NCBI GenBank assembly: GCA_002189035.1 | Contig: NEEC01000019.1 | Location: 124,001-188,000, forward strand | Length of the DNA stretch: 64,000 nt | Direction of reading: 5' to 3' | From: Utricularia gibba | Taxonomy: Eukaryota > Plantae > Magnoliophyta | Part shown: positions 27,100-38,210 of the stretch, in pieces | How positions within the stretch are numbered: position 1 is the first letter of the stretch | How the letters are laid out: each line of letters opens with the position of its first letter | Notes under the pieces: generated by a model | Database searches by the model: none | The model's input: only the letters and a program-made list of their open reading frames with translations | Told to the model about the DNA's origin: nothing | Made by a program: the position numbers and the translations under genes

Positions 27100-28000
27100 A
27101 TAAAATATTTTGTTACAATGATGCTTGACGAGAATCCAATGATGTGTTACAATGCATTAAGGATGAATAAATTTGTTTTTTTTTCAGCTCTATGCTTTAT
27201 TGCAGACTAGCAATGAACTTGAGCCATTTGGTAGCTTCATTGTACTTGAGTCAATTGCACATTTCTTGCAATACGTTGGTAAAGGTCATATCCAACATCA
27301 TCTTGGTGAAGAATACCAACATTCAAGTATGAAGTTGTAATAGTTTGTCATTTATTTTGAGCTTATTAACTGTTTCACTTTGGTTTTATGTTCTTTACTA
27401 GTTTCAATAATTCATTAGTCCTTTTATTCAGTATTGAAAGTATGTTTAAAGATGTCTAAGGATTTGATTCATTTATTCTGCTCTCATACAATCACCCTTC
27501 AGAGATTGCCACCGATAATTGCTATGCTAGCTATTTCTAGGTATGCATTATTAGGGATTTTGTTATTTTTTCTTGTGTGTTTATAGTACCTACGACATGA
27601 TTCTAACATTAATTTTAAGGATTGTGTTGATATTATCGATGGGATGTACATGAAGTGTAAGCTTTCACCAAAAAAACATATTCTATATATTGAAATGAAA
27701 GGCTATTCAACACAGAACATTATGATTGCAATCGATTTCAATTTGTGTTTCACATTTATTGCACCAGGTTGGGAAAGTACTTCACATGACTTGATTGATA
27801 ATGCAAACACGTTTGGTTATATGGTTTCATGTCTTAGAGTTAGATATAATCTCTCGGAATTTCAAAAAGTCAAAGGTACAATCATTCTAAAGAATTATTT
27901 AATTATAGACATTTATAGAAAAAATGATCTCATATCATCAATAACAAGTCTTAATATAAAGTTTCATCATCAAGTGTAATTCGTTGCAGCAACAATGATA
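27100..28000 (+). pseudogene. Degenerate PIF/Harbinger DDE transposase remnant
   Basis: DCVDIIDGMYM...KGYSTQNIMIAIDFNLCFTFIAPGWESTSHD matches Harbinger DC.GAIDGTH...KG..TQN....DF...FT....GWEGSAHD. Upstream CYNALRMNK.VFFQL fragment. A Harbinger-type right TIR (TACCAAACGAGACC) lies at ~28795-28808. Confidence 0.7.
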
Positions 28001-29295
28001 ATTCATAATTTTTTTCTAAGTTAATATCGGTGATGACGGATTTGATTTGAGTGAATTCATAATTTGTTCACGATTATATTTGTCAAGTTTATATTCTTTT
28101 CATATGTGTTTCAATAACAATTTAGGGTCTTATTTGATACGCATGTTAAGATCCCTTAACATGCGTTTTAAATTAAAACTCTATTTGATAAGAATTGTGT
28201 ATTTCCACAACCTTGTTTATCTAAACATGTAAGAAATAAATTTTGATGTGTTAAGCTAAACATAGGGGGAGGGGCCTACATTTACCCTAACAATTTCTTA
28301 TTATTCCTATTTTATCCCTCTCATCAAAACATGATACCTATTGTTATCAACCATATTCCATCACATATCTTTAGGTAATTGTTTGTATTCTTTGGTTTTT
28401 TTAGCTAATCGTCATCTCTTCAAGCAAATGAGACAATTACTATTATCATTGGAATACACGATTGTAACAGATGATATATCTATCATGGAATTGTTTCATC
28501 TTCTTTAAGTTTTACATAAGTTTATTTAATTTCTTATCAGAGAAGAACCTTGGAAACTTTGATGAACCAAATTGGAATAATAAGGCAAATAATTGTAAAA
28601 AATATTTAAATAATAATGAGTGTGTTTTGGACAATTTTCATGAAACTATTTATTTAATAATAATCTACCAAACATAAAATATTATAAACATTCATGTTTA
28701 TATATAATATTACCAAACGCATATTTAATCTTAACAATAGATATTTGTTTATCTAAACAATAATAATCTTAACAAACTGTAAATTAGACAATCGTACCAA
28801 ACGAGACCAAAAAAGTTGTCATATCCTACTGTGTGTTTAAATGACTTTGAGCTTAGTAACAATATCAACTTTAGAATGAAATGGGTTTTAGTCTAAGATT
28901 AATTACAAGTGTATGATTCTTCAATTTCAAATGTTTTTCACGATGCATTATGATTGGCATATACATAATGAATCTTCCATTTGTATGAAAATATTATTCA
29001 ATTAACATCTCACCTCGTACTTATAAGATTTAAATTAATGACAAATTTTGAGGTTATATTTCATCATTTCATTTTGATAGGTCCATTTGATATCCAAAAC
29101 TTGCTCAGCATCATTGTAATTTTGGAGAACGGTGAAGGTGAACCATATAAGTTTTGTCAAATGCAAGTGTTGGTAAGATAAGAGTGCATGAACAATTACA
29201 ATACTCATTTTAAAAAACATATAAAACGCCTATTTCATTTATATTTTTATGAAGATCATGAAGAAACTAAATTTGATACAAAAGCCCATATCCAT

Positions 29296-30484
29296 TGATA
29301 ACACTGTTTTAATTGTGTTTTATATATGTTTTTAAGTGTATTTTGTAGGGTTAAATGTTGCTTAAGGTGCTAAAATGTCTTCTTTTGCATATTTAGACTA
29401 TTGAGATATGTTTATTGTGAAAACAGGCTCAATTGGCAACAATTGAGCCGAAAACTCTAATATTTTGTCTAGTTTGTGTTTTAAGTATTACCAAGGTAAG
29501 AGCAAGTACTGTAGCAGCGCACTTTCCGTGTTGACAAGTCAGAAGAGACAGAAAAGCTGTGCAAAAGCCACTTTCCACCGAAAGTAACCGCCCTTCTAAA
29601 AAGATAAGATATGGAGCAGGGATCTTTCTTTTAGAAGCCTGAAGAAAAGACCAAATTGCCCTTAATTTTGAGCACCAAAAGGGAAAAATGAAGGGAGAGA
29701 ATGCACAAAGTCCAGAGAAAGCAAACAGGAGCGAGCAGGAGCAAAGAGAACTTCGTTTCTCTGGCGACCTTCAGATCTACAAGTTTACACCGTCTTTCCG
29801 CCCAAAAACTTGATTTCCAGCAGATCTATAGCCGAGAGCAACCTCTAGACACTTCATTTTCTATTTTCTGCACTTCTATTTCGTTGACAACTAGTTGCTG
29901 TTTCCTTCAACGTTTACATGTTTTCTGTTATATTTTTGCACCTTGTTGTGAACAATAAATCCTCTGTAGACCTTATTTCTACATTTAACCATGTTCTTGA
30001 TTAAGCTTTTCATGTTTACCTTTAAGTTTAACGTGATTTTACTGTTCCTGCTAACCATGCTCTGTTTCTGCAAACTATTACTCTGTTTTTAAGCGTTCCA
30101 AAGTTGGATTTAAGCTTATGGGCTTTATTAAGTGACACAAGAGTCAGACCCTGGTGTAAAACCCAGCCAAATTACTTTTATTTTATGTTTTCTGCACTTT
30201 CACGTTATTTTTAATCACTTTTCATCATTGCAACTTGTTTATTTCAGTTACTGTTATTTTAGATCTTACCCACGTTAGAACTAAACCCCAGAAAACCCCC
30301 TTATTTTCAGTAAATGTAATGAACTTCAAGAAATTACAACCATTCCCTATGAATTCGATCCTTGCTTGCCACACTACATTAATTCATATGATTTGTGTAG
30401 TAGAATAACTAAATTTATAAATTTCTTTTGATGCGTTGAATGTGCTAAACTACGACATTTAGCAACTCATTCCAACGTACATCA
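29296..30484 (+). mobile_element. Athila-family solo LTR (family beta), 1189 bp
   Basis: TGATAACACTG...CCAACGTACATCA with a perfect TSD TCCAT (29291-29295, 30485-30489). Collinear along its length with the PBS-bearing LTR at 60888-62107. Confidence 0.92.
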
Positions 30485-30736
30485 TCCATTTAAATAAATA
30501 AGTAAAATTTAAATTTAAATTTAAATTTAATTGTTAACACATGAACAAATAAATAAGAAAATAAAATTTATTTATTTATGTTTATTAAAAACAAAAGAAA
30601 CTTAAATACGTTTACTAAAAGATCATTTTATAGTGAATAATCCAATAAATATCTTTTGAAATAAAAAATGAAATAAACCTTCAATTGTTCATGGATTTGG
30701 CAACGGCGACCACCGGCAGCCGTGGGATGCGTAGAT

Positions 30737-33700
30737 ATGGCGGATACGAAGTTCAGTGTGATGGTAAGTCTCTTCAACTGGATGCAGAAGAGCAAGTCGG
30801 CGTCTGTAAGGCGTTCAAAGTTTCGCAAGTTTCTCGACACCTTCTGCCGTCCTAACAATGGTGGTGACTATTTCGCTGCTATACGTCTCATCCTTCCTGC
30901 AATCGATCGCGAGCGCATGTCGTACGGCCTACGGGAGCATGCCCTCGCCACTTGCCTAATTGATGCCCTTGGTATATCCCGAGACTCCGCGGACTCTCAG
31001 AGGCTCCTCAAATGGCGAAAGGGAGGCCCGAAGTCTGGCTCCTTTGCAGGGAACTTTTCTCTTGTTGCCTCCGAGGTATCGGAATTTTGTGTATTCGTTT
31101 ACCGTTACACAAGTGCTTGTTGGCCGCACAGCTCACTGGCCTACTAATGGGGTATTCTTTTTGGATCATTAAATTATTGCTATTCTTGCATCATGAGTAG
31201 GTGCTACAGCGGAGGCAGGCCATGACTTCAGCTGGCCTGACTATAAGACAATTAAATGACTTGCTTGATCGCCTGGCCTCTGCTGAGAACAGGTAAGAAG
31301 GGATTTTGTAGTAGAATCTTGGGGTCTATGACGGGATGTGAATCTTGTTTGGAATTCCATAAAAGAACCAAAAGATCAATAATTGGATTAAAATTTCCTT
31401 TTATGCATTGACGTGATATGATATGGAGTGTGATAATCTGTATACAGGTCAGAAAAAACTGCAGTTCTTTCTGAGCTCATAAGGAAGACAAATGCACAAG
31501 AAATGAAGTGGATCATTATGATAATTCTCAAAGGTGATATTCAAGGAAGATTGTGGTTGTTCTTTTTCTTCTTCCTCATTTACTTGCTTTCCTTTTTTTA
31601 ATCTTCCCCCTTTTCTCTTTTGTGTTGCAGATCTTAGACTAGGAATAAGTGAGAAGAGCGTCTTTCATGAGTTTCATCCAGATGCTGAGGACTTATTCAA
31701 TGTCACCTGTGATCTAAAATTAGTCTGTGAAAGGTTGCAAGATCGTAGTCAACGTCATAAGCGCCAGGTTTGCTTTAACATAAATAGATGTTTTGGTTTG
31801 TTGTTCCAAAACTAATGTCATAGGGGTTAAGGACTATTAAAATTATCTGGTCTTCATAAAGAAAAGGTTTCAAGGTGACAAAAGGTTTTAGGAAACTGAA
31901 GCCGAAAAATGTTGCTATACATCTTCAACATCATATATTTTATATCCAAAACAAGATGACAGCTGGGTACTGCTTTGATTCTACAGGAGATTGAGGTTGG
32001 CAAGCCTGTCCGGCCTCAACTAGCTTTGAGGGTCAGCAGTGTAGCTACTGCATTGAAAAAGGTGCTCAGATGGTTTAACTGTAGAGATCATCAGAAATCA
32101 AATATATGTTTTTTACTTTTTAATCTTGATTTTCAAATTAATGTGGCTTCGGGATGACTATTTTGATTGCTGTACAGCTTCATGGAAAGGAGGTTCTGGC
32201 TGAGTGCAAGTTTGATGGTGATCGGATCCAAATTCATAAAAAAGGGGCATTAATAAACTTCTTCTCAAGGTACGCTTCAATTAATGATAAAAGTAACCTA
32301 TACCCTCTTGTTGTTGAACCTATAATTTACGAGCATATGTTCCTTTAAAAGAAGAAAAATTTTAAAGAATATAGAAAATGGCTGATGCATAAAATGAACA
32401 TAGAATATAGTTGTCCTCAACACAGTGAAAGGATGAACTCTTGAATATTTTTGTGATCCCATTTGTACTCCATAATACAAGTGCAATTTTTATCTCCTCT
32501 ATGGAGAGGATTGGTAATTATTCATGTTCTATTTATAATGGGTTTTTTTCTTCATGAACAGGAATTTTCTTGATCATCCAGAATATGAGTCTGGCATGTC
32601 TGACGTCATAAGAGAGAATATTCTTGAAGACAGGTCAATTGTCTAGATTGTGTAGTAAATCCGTAGCTTCATGCGATTTCTCAAATTTTGATTCATTAAT
32701 TTTTCGATTTTAATTGGTTACATCTTTAGATGCAATTTTTTTGTTTTCTGATGAATGTTCCTGCTTCCATTCATGCCCCTTCCCACGTAAAGCTTTAATT
32801 ACATTCAGAAGTGAGCTCCTCATATTGATGGTGATTATAGTGGTCTAGTTCTCCAACTCATCATAAAGAATATATTGGACCCTCATAGAGCTCTTGTATA
32901 GGTGCATTCTTGATGGTGAAATGTTGGTCTGGGATAAATTGACAAATAGGTTTGCAGAGTTTGGTTCAAATCAAGAAATAGGTATTTGAACTTGAACTTG
33001 AACGCATTTTCAATGTTTTTGTATTTCGTATATTATGTTTTGCATTCACTAATTGACCCATCCATGCTTCTTTTTGTGTGTGTGTGTATGTGCATGAAGC
33101 CAAGGCTGCACAAGAGGGGCTCGATATTGATCGGCAGGTTTGTCCAAGTATACCATTATTTTGAATTTTCCTCACTAGTTGACATAGGATACCTGCGTTA
33201 TAAATACTCCTTTGTTGTAATGCAGTTATGCTGTATCCACTCTGTTGACCAGTAGGTAGACGGTATCACAGGTTTATGCTTTTTTCCATGTTTTCAGTTG
33301 TGAACTCAGAATGGGAGACATTCTTTCCAATTAATCCATTGAGATATTTCCATTTTTCCTTGACCTACTTTGTATGTCTAGATGTCGCATTTGATATCCT
33401 CTATGTTGGAGATACCAGTGTCATTCATGAAAGTTTGAAAGAGAGGCATTGTCTTCTTAAGAAGGTGGTCAGGCCTGTAGCAGGGCAACTGGAGATCTTG
33501 GTTCCTGATGGTGGCCTTAATCTGCATCGTTCTGCTGGTAATGGGAAGTGATGCGTTTCATTGTTTATTGAGCATTTTTTATTGTTTTTGGAAGAGTTTC
33601 TAGTAAAAGAACTCGTTTTGATTATTTTCTGATCATGCCATTGTACAGGAGAGCCCTGTTGTTCTATGCACGTTCATGATGCTGAAAGTGTGGAGAAATT

Positions 33701-36700
33701 TTTCAAAGAAACTGTGGATAACAGGTAATAAATGATGTGTCATTGCCATCAGCACTACCTTGTATCCTTGTGTCATGAGATTTATTTGTCATGTCATCTT
33801 TTTGGGTGAGGTTGCTGCATTTTGTAGTTATAGTTTTAGCACAGAAATCTGAATAATCACTCCTCACTGTCGATCTTCCGTTTAGAGAGGAAGGAATTGT
33901 GTTGAAAGATCTCAACTCCAAGTGGGAACCTGGGGATCGAAGTGGAAAGTGGCTGAAGTTAAAGCCTGATTATGTTCGAGCTTCATCTGACTTAGATGTT
34001 CTTATAATTGGTAAGTAATCCTTTAACCTTTTAATGTTTTCTTTTGTCCAATTTCCATTACTCCAACATCATGCAGGTGGCTATTTTGGTACTGGCCGCC
34101 ATGGGGGTGAGGTGAGACAGTCTTTTTTTGTTTTTTTTTTTGTTTAAATGCTCTTCATAGCCTATATAGTCATATTTAATTTTTTCACATGGTTGAAGAT
34201 AGCACAATTCCTTGTTGGCCTTGCAGACCGTCCTGCCTCTAACACATACCCCGACGGTTAGTGTTCCACATTTTATCTCAGAGTATGTGGGTTCATGATT
34301 CTTAAACGTGCTATTGTATTTTCATGCAACTCATTCTGAGTTCTGAATTTTCTATTTTTTAGATTTGTTTCGTTCTGTAGAGTTGGCACTGGACTTTCTG
34401 ATGATGAGCTTAAGGCTGTTGTTACGAAATTAGAACCCTATTTCAGGTAATTTTAGGATCTGTTAAAAATCACTGGCCAGTCTTGATGGTATTGAAAGCT
34501 TTTGAGCATAAAAGGCATAAGGCTAACCACTACAGGATGATGATTTCAGGAAAAATGATTATCCAAAACCACCTCCTAGTTTTTACCAAGTCACAAATAA
34601 CTCGAAGGAGAGACCAGATGTTTGGGTTGAAAGCCCTGAAAAGTAAGATATATGGATTTATTTTCCCAAATATTTTGTTATTCTTATAAACCAATTGTGT
34701 TTCTTACAGATCCATTATAGTCTCCATCACAAGTGATATTAGAACAATAAGATCTGAGGTAACATTCAGCACTTGAACTTATCTCCTCGTTTTTTTTTTT
34801 TCAATACTTCTTCATATTGGTCAAATCTTCAGTTATTTCTTACCTGCAACTATATTTCTCTATATTTTTCTTGGAAAGTGATGGTGAGCAAGATTGTTAT
34901 TACATTGATTTTTAATTGTCCAAGGTGTTTGCTGCTCCATATAGCTTACGGTTTCCAAGGATCGATCAAGTGAGGTATGACAAACCATGGTATGAGTGTC
35001 TTGATTTGCAAGGTGAGTAAGTCATTGGGCTTCGTGCCTTATGCTTGTTCAAGCAACATGGCTGCTTCTGATTTTACTTTAATTTTTGGTGAGTACTGCA
35101 CTGGTGGACTACTCAATTATGAATGGTTCTTTTATTGTTTCAGCTTTCATTGAATTGGTACATTCAGCAAGTGGTGCCACACGATCGTTAGGGGATCCCA
35201 TGACTCAGCAAGAAGATAGACCACAAAGACATGGAGTGAAGAGGAAAAATATCTCTGTTCCTCTTCACTTCATTCAAACGGATGTTTCTCATATCAAGGG
35301 TGAAACATCAATATTTACAGGCAAGAAGTTTTGTATCCTTCTTAATCATGCATTGCTGAGTAAGTTACTTTTGGATTTTTCTCATTATTCAGTTGTCAAA
35401 TCAATGTCCTTGACTTCCTATAGACTTTGTTAACATACCTTTGTCTACCTCTCTTGAATCTTTGCACAACATGGTGGTGGAGAATGGTGGCACTTTCTCT
35501 ATGAATCTCAATAATTCTGTTACGCATTGCATAGCATCAGAAAGCAAAGGTCTGTTTCGTTGCTCTTGGATATTGGCTCCAGATGATACTGTACACGAAT
35601 TTCTTTACTGGATGAGTTACAGTTGTTCCATATGCTAAGAGGAAATAACCGTTTGGTTGCTTTTCAGGAATTAAGTTTCAGGCAGCAAGGCGCCTTGGAG
35701 ATGTTATCAATGTCTCCTGGTTTTCTGAGTGCTGCTCCCAGAAAAAACTACTTCCTTTACAGCCAAAGTCAGGGAGCATATTCGAATCTTTTTTTCATTC
35801 CTCATTATTTTCAATACTTACCTCTATAATTGCTTCTTATGAAGGTATTTCCTACATCTGTCTGATGCATCAAGAAAAAAACTTGAGCATGATATTGATG
35901 AATTCTGTGATTCCTACTATTTGGATATTAATGCAGCAGAACTCACAGAGGTAAGGAAATAATTTTGGGAAGGGAATTACTACTGAATGCCATTGTATTT
36001 TTGTTCATGTCTAGGTTTTAATGCTTCTCTTCAGATCCTAAAGAATATCAGCAAGACTGGGGATTCTATAACTATAGATCACTACAAGAAGAAACTGTGT
36101 CCTAGGGATCAGTGGGTTTATTTTCATGGTTGCTGTATTTACTTCCACCTTCCAAGACAACATTTGTAAGCTAACTAGATTTTCTGTTGTGTGTGAACAA
36201 GGTTCATGTTTTGGAATATTAGAAAGTAAAGTTTTCTGTCAAATTTTCAGTAAAAATAAATGCTCAGAAATCGTATTAGGATTTGCAATAAGACGGATGA
36301 AGAATGAAGTTTGCATTCGTGGAGGCAAACACACAGAGATGCTTTCTCATGCTACACATCTTGTACCTGTTTTCGGCCAAGATACTGTTGTGGACTTCGA
36401 TACATTGTTGAATAGGTTAGAAGTTTCTTTTTTTTTTTTTTTTTTGCCATATACTGTCTGGTTGGTATCCCAGGCTGCTATAAATTCCTTTTACATAGTT
36501 TGAATTTATGGAATGTCGTATGAGCCTAGTTGCTTCACTGAGGTTAAAGCAATAATAGATACTGCGTGTGATGATGATTTTAAGACGGAGAGATAGAATT
36601 TTCCTTTCAAACTGAGATTTGTGATGTTTGTTCTACTCTGGGGTATTGACCGATGCATGATCTATTGCAAAAGAGATAATAAAGGATAAGGGATCTAATA

Positions 36701-38210
36701 TAAATGGTAGCAAGCAGCGAGTGTTCAAGAATGTTTTACTAAAGAAATATACTAATGAAAAACCTTGTAAAATACATACCTAGTGTTAAGGCGTGCGTGG
36801 AGCTGGTGATTTGTTCATTTTGTATCTCACTGCTCTTTCTGTATTGCAGTTTCTCTCTGGAAGATAGGGGCCTTTTAAATTTTAACAGAGTACAAGTCGT
36901 CCAGTCTCAGTGGCTGGAGGACTGTTTCCGGGAGGGTAAGTTGCTGCCAGAGAGCAATTACAGTTTGAAGCCTCAGCATTTCCGAGATTCTTTGGAAAAT
37001 GCTCAGTAAGCAATTTCATTCATAATCATCCTTATTTATTGACTGTTTGTTTAGTCTGCATTCCTCGAAGAATGTGTTCAAAAGTGTGGGTATAAATCAA
37101 AGGTGGCTGCTTTACTTGGGGTCCGTTGCTCGTACTGCCTCAACCAGTGGTCAAACCAGTGTTTACAGAAGCGTAAAAAACCTTTGGCTTTAAGCTTTTC
37201 AAATACCATACAGTTTTCAGCACCTCATTTTATTTTGGAATAGTGTGTCTCCTTTATTTAATTTTGAAACCCACAGTGTTCTTTCCTAAAGAAGATTCTA
37301 TGCGTTTCTTCATCTTCCATGAAGGTGTGATCAAGAAGCTGCAGGAGAACAATGTTATGAACCTGAAATCGGACCAAATGATGGATCTGGCTCCAAAAAA
37401 GTTGAAACGCGGTGTGTTGCATCCGGAAAGCAAAGAGTCGTCACAATGCCTGCTGCTCGAGGGAAAGTATCAACAAGGCCGGGGAAACATTTGAAGAAAC
37501 CAGTTGTTGACAGATCTCGTAGTTTGAGGCCACGTGTTAGAAACAAGGCAACTAAGATCCATGAACATGAATCAGATGATGGTGCCTCATTTTCAGACGG
37601 CAAGAAAGAATTTGAAACCACGAATGTATGCGGAGCTAGCAGAAGTGGCAAGATATTCATAGATGTTGGAGGATCAGTCTCTAGTCAGCCTAAAAGAAAA
37701 AGGGCACATTTTAGAAGCAAGCCCGCAAACATTGGTGGGAATGATTCAGACAGTGATGCTTTTCATGAGGATCAACCAAGAAACGAGGACTCTACAAATA
37801 CTGAACCTTTCCACAAGCCCTGTAACGGAAACCCCTCACCTCAGGAGAAAGGAGAAGCGAAACGTTGTGAACCAGGAAACCATGCGGAGACAAGGGATGA
37901 AGGGTCTAAAAGCCAAGGTGAACCCACCATGGACCCTGCTGAGGCGGCCGCAAGGAATGAGGGTTGTAGCACCACCCAGTCTGAAAACCAAACTGAGCAA
38001 ACCATGGACCCTGTTGAGGCTATGCTATTTAAAATGGTTCCAGCGCTTCGTGGAAGGGAAATCGAAAGTGCAAATCCCATCCCTGATGTTGCAAGTGAAA
38101 CCAAGAAGGTGCATGGGGAAACATCATCTTTAGATTCTGAAGTGATGCCTGCAAAGAAAAAAAGGGTGAGCTACAAGGATATTGCCGAACAGCTGCTCAA
38201 AGACGGGTGA
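30737..38210 (+). CDS. LIG4: DNA ligase IV (NHEJ), ~27 exons
   Basis: N-terminus KFSVMVSLFNWMQKSK...FRKFLDTFC; active-site ECKFDGDRIQIHK; CILDGEMLVWD; EGIVLKD...WEPGDRSGKWLKLKP; FCRVGTGLSD; LRFPRI..VRYDKPW; two BRCT-like repeats; C-terminal KKKRVSYKDIAEQLLKDG*. All introns could be spliced in phase by hand. Confidence 0.97.

Noticed and set aside
37663-38133. 156-aa alternative-frame ORF within the last LIG4 exon
   Set aside because: Shadow ORF of a purine-rich, low-complexity coding exon, with no recognisable motif.
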